NCBI GenBank assembly: GCA_021513715.1
Contig: CP084167.1
Span: 1,088,001-1,152,000 of the forward strand
Reading direction: 5' to 3'
Source: Candidatus Heimdallarchaeum endolithica
GTDB lineage: Archaea > Asgardarchaeota > Heimdallarchaeia > Heimdallarchaeales > Heimdallarchaeaceae
DNA: 64,000 nt
The notes beneath the pieces were generated by a model. That model did no database searches, was not told where the DNA came from, and saw only the letters and a program-made list of their open reading frames with translations. The first letter of the stretch is position 1. Each line of letters begins with the position of its first letter. This document shows positions 50,968-60,209 of the stretch, piece after piece. The translations under genes and the position numbers were made by a program.

Positions 50968-52566
50968 CTACTGGGACTGCAACCAATGGCTGAGTCCTCG
51001 GCAAACAGTGTAGTGAGTAAGACTGAATTTTTGACCAGTAAAATAATCAGTAATAGTTGTAGTACGGGGACGAAAAAGATGACTAAGGAATTTACGAGCA
51101 ATATTTCTTGCCCCTGTCAAATCGGAGTGGAAGGTGTAATTGCAAATGGGACAGTGTACTAACCCTCTAACGGGACGAGAAACTTCTTTTCCACAACGGG
51201 AACAATGAGAAGATGTTCCTCTTTCGTCTAAAGTGAGAATGCGGTGAGATTCAAAACCTCTTAATATCAATGCTCGACGGAGAAGACCAAGAACTAAAGA
51301 AAAATTCCACTGGTGAAGTTTTCTACGAAAATAACGAGTACTTTTTTCTTTTCCTTTTTCTTTATCTTTTCTAACATTTTTGGGGTAACCTACGACGACG
51401 AAAAGGTCATACACTTTTGCATAACTCTCTATTGTCCGCACAACGTCGTTTATAAATTGGTGAATATAGGACCGTTTAACGTTTCTATATCTCCGACGGA
51501 GAAGACCGAGAAAACGATAAATTTGGTGTTTTTTACCCGACTGGTCATTTAAAGCCGCTTTCCTCTGAAGACGGGAAAGTTTGAGTTTATATCTATGATT
51601 GATTCTATTCCACTGTTTGGTATGCCAGAATTTTATTTCTTTAATAGTTAATTTCTTTTTGGGAGTTAGTAACACTCCTGCTGCAGGAATGTTTATCCCT
51701 AGATCTATTCCCAGCACAGCTGGAGGAAGAGAAGAAGAACTTTCTTTTTCAGGAGGATAGAAAGAAGGAGGAGGAAGAACTTTCAATTGGAAATACACCC
51801 ACCATTCACGTGTAGAACGTTTATATCTCAGTTCTAAACTTTTTATTTGTCCTTTCTTCAATTCTTTTTGATGGAAAGTGCTCATCTCTAAAGGTAACCA
51901 CAATCGTTGATGATACCTTGTCTTTCTTTTCCACGTGTCTAATGAGTCTCTTATTCCTACCCACCAACGAGAAATGGAGTTGTTTTTTTCTTTTGGTAAA
52001 TTAGTAAGAATAAATCTTTTTTTATTGATTAGTTGTCTTCGGGGTCTCTTTTTTGGAGGACGAGTGGCTTCAGGTCTATATCCTTGCTCGTACAGTTGTA
52101 CTGCTATATCTCTGCACTCTTGAAACTCATCGTGAGAACAATGGCGAAACATCTTTTTAAGGTCATGAGGAACAGTCTCTCTTCGCTCTTCTACTTTTTT
52201 TATCCTTGATGTTGTTAATGTTAGTTCATCTAACTTCCCTTTATGTACTCTTATTTCTCCGTTCTTTGTTTTCATACACAGTCTTCTTCTGTTGTGATGT
52301 ATAATTTTTACATACTTTTCTATTATCCTCGTGTCTCTCCCTGTTATTCTCCTTAATCTTTCCTTTTTTCTCCTCGTCAAAACTTCATTCTTTATTCTAA
52401 CTTTCAAAGTTTTGACTATCTTCTCCATCTTTTTTCCTCTTATTTTCCTTTTTCTTCTTCTTCTCTTCATTTATTTCTACTATTTTTTCTTATAAAAAGT
52501 CTCTTTTTTTTCTTTTTTTTAGTTTCTCATCCATACTCTCTATCCTAATGTTCGCAAAAAGTGAAA
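50728..52566 (-). mobile_element. 1839-bp TnpB-only element with terminal inverted repeats, flanked by CATG on both sides
   Basis: Ends atttACTTTTTGCGAA / TTCGCAAAAAGTgaaa; CATG at 50724-50727 and 52567-52570; excision restores the host ORF; no transposase gene. Confidence 0.9.
50968..52470 (-). CDS. tnpB: TnpB RNA-guided endonuclease with a rearranged RuvC-II
   Basis: RuvC-I LGIDLG; VVVGYP replaces the canonical V.EDL; alternative Glu in LDERGTSS; Zn finger CSRC..CPIC; RuvC-III HSDLTGARNI; TATA tttttataag about 20 nt upstream. Confidence 0.92.
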   Translation of the reverse strand: MKRRRRKRKIRGKKMEKIVKTLKVRIKNEVLTRRKKERLRRITGRDTRIIEKYVKIIHHNRRRLCMKTKNGEIRVHKGKLDELTLTTSRIKKVEERRETVPHDLKKMFRHCSHDEFQECRDIAVQLYEQGYRPEATRPPKKRPRRQLINKKRFILTNLPKEKNNSISRWWVGIRDSLDTWKRKTRYHQRLWLPLEMSTFHQKELKKGQIKSLELRYKRSTREWWVYFQLKVLPPPSFYPPEKESSSSLPPAVLGIDLGINIPAAGVLLTPKKKLTIKEIKFWHTKQWNRINHRYKLKLSRLQRKAALNDQSGKKHQIYRFLGLLRRRYRNVKRSYIHQFINDVVRTIESYAKVYDLFVVVGYPKNVRKDKEKGKEKSTRYFRRKLHQWNFSLVLGLLRRALILRGFESHRILTLDERGTSSHCSRCGKEVSRPVRGLVHCPICNYTFHSDLTGARNIARKFLSHLFRPRTTTITDYFTGQKFSLTHYTVCRGLSHWLQSQ

Positions 52567-53343
52567 CATGGAATTGATACAGCCTTATCAGTTGCTAAAG
52601 AAAAAAAACTTCAAGTTTTTCGACCATTTGAAACTAAAAAGTTTATCATTAGAGTTTTTGATTCTGAAAAGGTTGCCAGCGTTGTTAAACTTAAATTTTA
52701 CGAGAAATTATTTTTCAAATTAAAAGAAAAAAATAAGAAAATAAAGAATAGTGCTAATCTCAGACAATTTAGAAAAGAAGATATTCCAATTTTATTTGAT
52801 TTACTAGTAGATCTCACTAAAGATTATGAAGTATCAATAGAACCTAATTTTGAAGATTTTAAATGGGTATTAGAACAACCAGCAACTAATTGTATAATTT
52901 ATGAAAAAAGTGAAGAAATAAAGGGATTCATGCTTGCTTGGGAGTTCAAACTTGCAGATTTCGGAAATGCAATTCCTTTTGGTTGGATAGATATTATTCA
53001 CATAAAAAATCTATCTACATCAGAAGCTACAGATTTGAGTCTGTATCTATCTGAAACGAGTAATGCAAAAGGATGGTTGGGATTACAATCCCCATACATT
53101 CCTTATTATAAGTCTAAACCTTTACAAAAAGCTAACTTTGTTTTTTTCCCCAAAAAACTAAGTTTTGACATTATTTTACTTAGCAAAGTGAAAATACCTG
53201 GTAAGTTTAAAGCTGCTTACTTTGATTGGAGATGAACACTCATTTGAAAGAGAATAGAAGGAACTAATGAAAAAAATAGAGGTTAAAGATTTACATTTTT
53301 TCCAAAGGTTTAAAAATAATAAATTGTAAGGGATAATAGAAAA

Positions 53344-53829
53344 ATGAAAAAGAAACAATTTCGATTAATAATTGCTTTAATCATGCTAGCTTTTCTATCT
53401 ATTCAGTTTGTACAAGGCTTAACTACAATTGAAGCTGATGAAGTAAAAGTTGATCTCCAAATTACAAATGCTTACTACTGTGATGCAGATTTTGATGGTG
53501 AAGAAGATGATGTTGTTTTACATTTTGAAACCAATATCACCTTTCTAGAAAATAAATATTTAGTAAAATTTTATCTAGAAATAGACTTGATTTTACCTTC
53601 TGGTATGCAGTTTAGTTATTTATATGAAATATATACCACAAGAACTTTTCTTAATTTTACAATGTTTTTCTACAATCATGCCTTAGAACCAGGAGACTAT
53701 ATAGGTATTGTAACGCTGCATTTATCTGATGATGGCGAATTTATATCTGGTACAGAACAGATTATTTTTGACCCTCCAGGAAAAACAGATGATACAGACC
53801 CTCCAGCAACAGAACTCATTGTTGAATAG
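53344..53829 (+). CDS. Secreted acidic hypothetical protein
   Basis: Signal peptide; DADFDGEEDD and FDPPG motifs. Confidence 0.7.
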   Translation: MKKKQFRLIIALIMLAFLSIQFVQGLTTIEADEVKVDLQITNAYYCDADFDGEEDDVVLHFETNITFLENKYLVKFYLEIDLILPSGMQFSYLYEIYTTRTFLNFTMFFYNHALEPGDYIGIVTLHLSDDGEFISGTEQIIFDPPGKTDDTDPPATELIVE

Positions 53830-53844
53830 GTTAGAAACCTCTGG

Positions 53845-54945
53845 GTGACTACTGTGGATACTTTAGATTATCTTATTCTCTTAGAATTATTAAACAATCC
53901 AACCATAACAGTAACTGAACTAGCCACAAAACTTAATAGTTCTCGTCCAACGGTTTCAAAATATCTTAAGAATCTAAAAGAAAAAGGGATTATTAGAAAT
54001 ACAATAGCTAACATATACCCAGAAAGATTGAATCTTACTGTAATAGATGTTTTATCATTTGTTTCTTCTTATGAAAATTTACTTTTATTGGAAAAAGCTT
54101 GTGATGAACATCCTTACACATATTACAGATCTCGCATTTATGGAGGTAAATTTGGTTTATTTATAATATTTTACATTCCAATGGGTACAACTGCAAATAT
54201 TGATGAATTCTTCAAAAAATTGCAAAAAGGTAATATCATTAATGATTACAGGATTTATGAGAGTAGTGGAGTTTCTTACAGTTCAAGATCGGATATAAGC
54301 AGGTTTAACATTGAGAAAAGTAAATGGGATTTTTCATGGGAAAAATGGATAAATTCAATTGAACAAGAAGATGATAAAATTATTTTTGAGAAAATTGAAC
54401 CAATTAATCTAAAAATCATTAAAAGGACACATTTTGAAATCTTACGGATGCTTACTGAAAACGCTTCAATAAAACAAAATGAAATATCAAAAAGACTTAA
54501 TTTAAGTAAAACAGAAACACATCGCCAATATAATTTTGTTCTTGAAAAGTTTGTCAAAGAAATAATTCAAACTTTCAATAGAGATAATTTTTTCCTAACT
54601 GAAACATTTCTGATAATTGCTCATGACATTTCATTAGAGAAACAAGGAAAATTAATTAACAAAATGAAAAATGACCCTCCTCCATTCTATGGCAGCTTGT
54701 CTATTCTAAAGGGTGGTAAATTTAGGTTCTGGGCAAATATGAGTATAGATCAAGCTGGTACATTCATCTTTTCATTATTTAAAATTTTTAACAATATTGA
54801 AGTATTTACTCTAAATACAAGAAAAAAGAGAAGTGCATCATACTATTTTTATCCGGAAAATTTCGATTTCAACATCAAGAAGTGGAAAGACTCAAAAAGT
54901 TACATGATAAAAGAACCTTTAGAAAGGCTTAATTTAATAATTTAA
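53845..54945 (+). CDS. Transcriptional regulator with two Lrp/AsnC-type wHTH modules
   Basis: LDYLILLELLNNPTITVTELATKLNSSRPTV and a second HTH (EILRMLTENASIKQNEISKRL). Confidence 0.8.
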   Translation: MTTVDTLDYLILLELLNNPTITVTELATKLNSSRPTVSKYLKNLKEKGIIRNTIANIYPERLNLTVIDVLSFVSSYENLLLLEKACDEHPYTYYRSRIYGGKFGLFIIFYIPMGTTANIDEFFKKLQKGNIINDYRIYESSGVSYSSRSDISRFNIEKSKWDFSWEKWINSIEQEDDKIIFEKIEPINLKIIKRTHFEILRMLTENASIKQNEISKRLNLSKTETHRQYNFVLEKFVKEIIQTFNRDNFFLTETFLIIAHDISLEKQGKLINKMKNDPPPFYGSLSILKGGKFRFWANMSIDQAGTFIFSLFKIFNNIEVFTLNTRKKRSASYYFYPENFDFNIKKWKDSKSYMIKEPLERLNLII

Positions 54946-55143
54946 CTTAAATATCTTAAAAACCCCTTATAGGATTTTGTGCTTTAATTTTTTATCAATT
55001 TTTTGTTTTAAATGATTAACTATAATTTCTATGTTGGTCCAGTCTTCTAACTCTTAGCATTTTATGAACAAGTTACTTCAATTTTTAGTTTTTTTGGAAC
55101 TTTTGAAAAAAATTTATAAGGGTTCTTTTACATTTGTTCAATA

Positions 55144-55434
55144 ATGACTTATCAGCTAATTAGTAAGAAAATGATTGAGAGAATAATGGAAAAAAGCAAA
55201 TTTGAAAGAATTGTTCCAGCAGAGAGCAAAAAAGAAGAAGTTGAATTTGTAGAAAAAATGTATTGTCCAATGTGTAAAACAAGTCATTATTGTAATATCA
55301 TTTATGAAAAAAAGAAAGAGGAGGAAAACCAAACCTATAATTTAACTATCATAAGGTGCAACTACTGTTTTGCAGTTTTTCCTTTAAAATTTTATAAAGA
55401 AGAACAACTCAATAGATTTAAAAAACAGGATTAA
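55144..55434 (+). CDS. Small Zn-ribbon protein
   Basis: CPMC...CNYC. Confidence 0.7.
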   Translation: MTYQLISKKMIERIMEKSKFERIVPAESKKEEVEFVEKMYCPMCKTSHYCNIIYEKKKEEENQTYNLTIIRCNYCFAVFPLKFYKEEQLNRFKKQD

Positions 55435-55468
55435 AGATCGAATTTAATGATTTAATCAACTTGATTTA

Positions 55469-55726
55469 CTAAAATGAATATGTTTTTAGCTTTTCAATTG
55501 AGTCTATTTGTTTTTCATCAAAGAAGGTTACTTCATACATTTTATCGCAATTTTCGCAACGTAGCGTATATACAATAAAAGTAATATTTTTTTCTTTTAG
55601 TTCAGATTTAGAAACTATATCTTTCTTACTAGATAGTTTACAAACAGGGCAAAACATGTGATCAATAAATTCTTCCTTTTCATTATCTGTTGAATAGGGA
55701 ATAGGAAACTTTGTCTGTTGCATCAA
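55469..55726 (-). CDS. Small Zn-ribbon protein, paralogue of the convergent neighbour
   Basis: CPVC...CENC; EFIDHMFCPVCK vs EFVEKMYCPMCK. Confidence 0.7.
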   Translation of the reverse strand: MMQQTKFPIPYSTDNEKEEFIDHMFCPVCKLSSKKDIVSKSELKEKNITFIVYTLRCENCDKMYEVTFFDEKQIDSIEKLKTYSF

Positions 55727-55989
55727 GTTATTTTTTTTGCTAGATTTTTATAAAGTTTGTCATGCACAAAAATTGAAAAAATAGTAATAGAAATCATATT
55801 TTTGTGCGAAAATTAGATCGTTTCATAGTTTTGTAATACATTTTTAACCATTAAAAATGCTATTTTTATTAAAATATTTTTTAAAAGGATATATAACTGA
55901 CTAATTAATATTGAATTGTAATACATTTTTTCTTTTGTATTACTTCCCTACAAAGATTAAATAATGAAAAAGAATAAGAAACTAAGCCT

Positions 55990-56883
55990 TTAAACTTTCT
56001 TTTCTGTAATTTTTACTTCTCTTGTATCAGTATTGTATTTTATTACTCCCAGTTCTTGCATTGCTAGAATTTCTGATTTTATTTTCACAGCAGGGGAGTC
56101 TATTTCTTTTGCAATGTCATCTATATTTGATGTTTTTGGGTATTTTTCTAGTAAGTAAAGATATATTTTTCCTTGTAAACTTTCATCTAGCAATTTTCTG
56201 ATGTGAGTATTTTGTGCGATTACAGGCTCCATATTATCTTTATATTCTTTATATTCTTTTTCTACTGCTTTTAGTTTTTCGTTTAGTTCTTTCTTTTCTA
56301 CTTTTAGTTTTTCTATTTTTGAAGTAAGGTCATCTTTTTTGTCTTTTAATGAACCTAGTTGCTCTTTTAGTTTTGTTAATTCATCTTCTAGTTGCTTTAA
56401 TCGTTCTTCTTTTTCTTCTAGTCTTATTGTTAATTCACTATTCTTTTCTTTCAGTTCTTGTATCTCTAAATCTTTTTCTTCTCTAATTTGCTTTTCTTCT
56501 TTAAGATTTAATTTAAACTTTTCAAACAACTTATTTACTTCACTAATCTTTTTCTCTAGATTTTCAATTTGCTTATCTTTTTCATCTATTCTTTCCTTTA
56601 TGATCAATAACGCTTTTTTTGAATCTTCTATTTCTTTAGATAGACTTGATAGCTGTTTTGTCTTCAAGTTTGATAGTTGTGTGTTAATATTTTTAGCTTC
56701 CTTTTCTGAATTTTCAATTTTCTTTATTATTTCTTTATTCTGAGTTATTCTTCCCTCTTTTTCATCAGTTAACATTTTTTCTATCAAACTTGTTTTTTTT
56801 ACTAAATCATCAATTACCTTCACAAGGTATTCCAAATTTACTTTGTCTTTACCTGAATACTCCTCAATGCTCATAATCTTCAC
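55990..56883 (-). CDS. Long coiled-coil protein with a C-terminal winged helix
   Basis: About 200 aa of E/K heptads, then QGKIYLYL...IDDIAKEI...LGVIKY. Confidence 0.75.
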   Translation of the reverse strand: MKIMSIEEYSGKDKVNLEYLVKVIDDLVKKTSLIEKMLTDEKEGRITQNKEIIKKIENSEKEAKNINTQLSNLKTKQLSSLSKEIEDSKKALLIIKERIDEKDKQIENLEKKISEVNKLFEKFKLNLKEEKQIREEKDLEIQELKEKNSELTIRLEEKEERLKQLEDELTKLKEQLGSLKDKKDDLTSKIEKLKVEKKELNEKLKAVEKEYKEYKDNMEPVIAQNTHIRKLLDESLQGKIYLYLLEKYPKTSNIDDIAKEIDSPAVKIKSEILAMQELGVIKYNTDTREVKITEKKV

Positions 56884-56933
56884 AACTAATTATATTCTAC
56901 TAAAATTTAAAAAAGGTTTTGCTGTCTTTTTTA

Positions 56934-57737
56934 TTATTTTTCAGTTAGAATTGAGTAATACTCTATTCTTCTATCTTTAAACAAGTTATTTCTTTCATTT
57001 ATCCACTTGTTTTTTGCTATTTCAGGGTCTATATCAACAGTTTTTAGTTCAACTGTATCTTTTCCTGCTTTCGCTAGAGTTTCCATTTTTGGTGATGTGA
57101 TCTGACTTTGTCCTGTAAAATTTAAGCTAATTTCATCATTTTTTTCTACTCCTATTCTATTTGCTGTTATTGTATAAACAGCATTTTCTACTGATCGAGC
57201 TAGCATTGCTGTTTGACTATAAGGTAAAACAAGATTTGCAGAATGACATATGATTTCAGCTCCTTTTAAAGCCAGTATTCTAGTTGTTTCTGGAAAAATC
57301 CAATCAAAGCATATCATCAATCCTACTTTAGCTTTCCCTATGTCGTAAATTTCCAGTGGTTTATTTCCTGGTTCAAAAAACAATTTTTCTCTGTCAAACA
57401 GATGTAATTTTCTATAAGTTGAGATATATCCTTCTGGCCCTATTAAAACAGAAGAATTAAAGAAAGTTGAACCTTTTTTTTCTGCGACACCAGAAACCAC
57501 ATAAGCATTTTTGTTTTTGCAAATATCTTCTAAATGAAAAATAAACACTCCTTTTGGTATTTCTTCTGCTACTTTCCTTAACTCTTCCTTATTTTTAAAA
57601 ACGTAACCTGAGTTTGCTAACTCTGGTAAGACTAATAAATCAAAATTTTGAGTTTTTTCTAATTCTGATATAATCAGATTAATATTCTCTTCTACTTCTA
57701 GAAATTTTGGTTCAAATTGAAAGAAACCAATTTTCAT
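56934..57737 (-). CDS. Carbon-nitrogen hydrolase (nitrilase family)
   Basis: VLPEL, YRKLHLF and ICFDWIFPE catalytic E/K/C. Confidence 0.92.
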   Translation of the reverse strand: MKIGFFQFEPKFLEVEENINLIISELEKTQNFDLLVLPELANSGYVFKNKEELRKVAEEIPKGVFIFHLEDICKNKNAYVVSGVAEKKGSTFFNSSVLIGPEGYISTYRKLHLFDREKLFFEPGNKPLEIYDIGKAKVGLMICFDWIFPETTRILALKGAEIICHSANLVLPYSQTAMLARSVENAVYTITANRIGVEKNDEISLNFTGQSQITSPKMETLAKAGKDTVELKTVDIDPEIAKNKWINERNNLFKDRRIEYYSILTEK

Positions 57738-57780
57738 ACTAAAAAGACTAATTAGTATTTTTAAAGTGTTACTTTCAGAT

Positions 57781-58437
57781 TTATTCTTTAGCATTCAGTT
57801 TTTTTATTAAAGATACTATTTCCTCGATAGATTCAATAATAAAGTCAGGTTCTTTTTCAACAGCCTCTTCGTACATTGTTGTTCCATATTTTGCTAAAAC
57901 GCTTCTAACCTTCGCTTCTTTTGCACTAACAATGTCAAAGGCAGTATCACCTACCATTAAAGCTTCTTCTGGTTTGCAATCAAATTCTGAAAGTAATTCC
58001 TTGATTGCAGGAGCTTTAGAATGATCTAGTGTTCCTATAGCTTTATCTATAAGATCACCTATCGAATAGTAATTAATCCACTCAATTAACCTTTTTTGGT
58101 TTTTTCTTGACACAATTGCTATTTTACATATTTCTCTTACTTGCTTTAGAGTTTCTTTCACTCCCGGATAGAGTTTACGCATAAGCTTATATTTTACTGT
58201 TAATTCTTGATAAATTTTAGAAGCGTTATCAAGTATGCTCTTTTCTTCTGTTTGCAACAAATGTCTAAAATCATCTATTTGATCAGTATTTCCCCCTCTT
58301 TTATCAAATTCTGAAATAGAAATATTTTTTCCAGATATTTTTTTTATTGTTTCTTGCATTTGTAAAGCGTATGCTCTTTTTGAATCAGAAATTACTCCAT
58401 CAAAATCAAAAATAACAACTTTAATCATCTTAATCAA
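57781..58437 (-). CDS. HAD-family phosphatase
   Basis: IFDFDGVISDS, VSRK, K, MVGDTAFD. Confidence 0.9.
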   Translation of the reverse strand: MIKMIKVVIFDFDGVISDSKRAYALQMQETIKKISGKNISISEFDKRGGNTDQIDDFRHLLQTEEKSILDNASKIYQELTVKYKLMRKLYPGVKETLKQVREICKIAIVSRKNQKRLIEWINYYSIGDLIDKAIGTLDHSKAPAIKELLSEFDCKPEEALMVGDTAFDIVSAKEAKVRSVLAKYGTTMYEEAVEKEPDFIIESIEEIVSLIKKLNAKE

Positions 58438-58507
58438 AAAAACTATTTAAATTTATAAACTATATTTTAATACTATTTTTTTTATTTTTCTTGATTACCC
58501 ACGAGTT

Positions 58508-59245
58508 TTAGTTTTCTTGTTCTTGTTCCTTTTCTTGTTCTTGTTCCTTTTCTTGTTCTTGTTCCTTTTCTTGTTCTTGTTCCTTTTCTTTGTCTTTCAT
58601 CCATTCAGGAGTTTCATTTAATCTTGCTTTCCAATCAAATTCTTGAAATCCAGTCATTCTTTTTTCCATTTTAGAGGCTACTGCAGATTCTATTTGATGA
58701 AATCCGTCATAGAATTCATCTATTTTTTTTACTCTTTCTTTTTGTTTTATTCTTTCTTGTGCTCTTTTTTCAAAATCAAATAAATAAGCGATGTAGCTAA
58801 AAAGTCCCATCTTTTTATCTCTAAGGTGTCTTTTTATTAAATAAAGGATGGAGGCTAACATTAAAGCTCCAGTAACAAAAAATATCCCAATTAAGATTTG
58901 TGAAGACCATTGAGTTCCGAAAAAGGTTAGATATATACTAACAGGTAAATATGTTGCAGCCATAACAATAATAGGTATTGCAACAAAAATATACAAGAGT
59001 TCATTAATTGCACTAGCTATGGCATATCCTCTTCCTGTTAAAAACCGTATCATAACACCTGAAAAGAATGTTCCTGCGAGTATAGCTATAATAACAAATC
59101 CAATTATTTTAAAAAGAGGATTTCCTGAAACAAAACCTAATATTACTGATGCTGTTAAAACTACACCTAAAATAATATTTTGAACTATATTCTTACGGTC
59201 GATGAATTTTTTTCTTTTTGGCACATAATGACCCATTTTCCTCAA
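58508..59245 (-). CDS. Membrane protein (4 TM) with an (EKEQEQ)n tail
   Basis: Hydrophobic N-terminal half; repetitive acidic C-terminus. Confidence 0.75.
   Translation of the reverse strand: MRKMGHYVPKRKKFIDRKNIVQNIILGVVLTASVILGFVSGNPLFKIIGFVIIAILAGTFFSGVMIRFLTGRGYAIASAINELLYIFVAIPIIVMAATYLPVSIYLTFFGTQWSSQILIGIFFVTGALMLASILYLIKRHLRDKKMGLFSYIAYLFDFEKRAQERIKQKERVKKIDEFYDGFHQIESAVASKMEKRMTGFQEFDWKARLNETPEWMKDKEKEQEQEKEQEQEKEQEQEKEQEQEN
58512..58583. repeat. 18-bp tandem repeat x4 (EKEQEQ)
   Basis: (ttttcttgttcttgttcc)4. Confidence 0.9.
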
Positions 59246-59382
59246 CCCTCAAAAATTTTAAACATTTAAAGAGTTTTGTATAGGAATAAAAAATCTGTAT
59301 TTACCCTATTATAACAGAGTAATTTTAGAAAAAGAAAAAGTATAAACATTTTTCTTTCCTCTAATTTCGATATTTATTTTAC

Positions 59383-60063
59383 TTAAGATAGCTTTGCTCC
59401 GCAATTTGTACAGAACATTGCATTTTCCTCGTTTGTTGCACCGCAATTTGTACAATACTTTGATGGCGTAACTGGTTGCTGATAAGTCTGATGTACTGTT
59501 GAAGATGTATCATAACTACTATATTGTGGAGGTGGTGCATATTTTGCTGGAGTCTGTTTACTACGTTTTACTATAATTAAGACTACCAATCCAACAACTG
59601 CTGCAATGATAATAACCCAAACAATCCAATTAGAAGAAGTATTAGTAACTTCATAGGTAAATCTAATTATAGCATAGGAAATATTAGCATCTACACCTTC
59701 AGAATTAGTATTATCAAAAGCAAAATCATATGATCTTTTTTCATCTAAAACAAAACTTAGTGTAGTAACCAACACATTATAATTTACATAATAAACATCT
59801 ATTTCTTCTCCATCTGCATAATTTTCTGCATCACCCTCATCAGATACAAAAAACAATAGAGTTTGATCACTACTTATTTCAAGAGTTACTTCTGTTTGCT
59901 CTGCAGGGGTTTTTTCACTAAAGTAATAAACATACCCCCATTCAAAAATGATGTCATATTCTTCCAATACTGTTTCAGTTGTTGTTTCTCCTTTTACTAG
60001 AAAAGAGAAAGAACTAAACAATAATGCAATAAACAAAAAAACTATGAATGATTTTTTTTTCAT
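59383..60063 (-). CDS. Single-pass membrane protein with a Pro/Tyr-rich tail and a double Zn ribbon
   Basis: Signal peptide, TM, CTNCG...FCTNCG. Confidence 0.8.
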   Translation of the reverse strand: MKKKSFIVFLFIALLFSSFSFLVKGETTTETVLEEYDIIFEWGYVYYFSEKTPAEQTEVTLEISSDQTLLFFVSDEGDAENYADGEEIDVYYVNYNVLVTTLSFVLDEKRSYDFAFDNTNSEGVDANISYAIIRFTYEVTNTSSNWIVWVIIIAAVVGLVVLIIVKRSKQTPAKYAPPPQYSSYDTSSTVHQTYQQPVTPSKYCTNCGATNEENAMFCTNCGAKLS

Positions 60064-60209
60064 TATCTTTCCTCTTACTCTATTTAATTTTAGAAGTTTC
60101 AGTATTTAAAGTGTAAATATTGTTTATAAACTGTTTCATTTAATATGATAAAAATAAGTATAAAAGTTTTTTAAAAAAACTAAAAAAAATAAAAGAAAAA
60201 GATAATACT

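Larger units (their letters stand above)
50307..53235 (+). pseudogene. Tandem-GNAT, N-myristoyltransferase-like gene interrupted by the TnpB element
   Basis: Joining 50307-50727 to 52571-53235 gives one frame (FEPEQH|GIDTALS); motifs VGFLGLIP, WLAVHHQHRRKGLA and LRQFRKEDIP. Confidence 0.8.
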
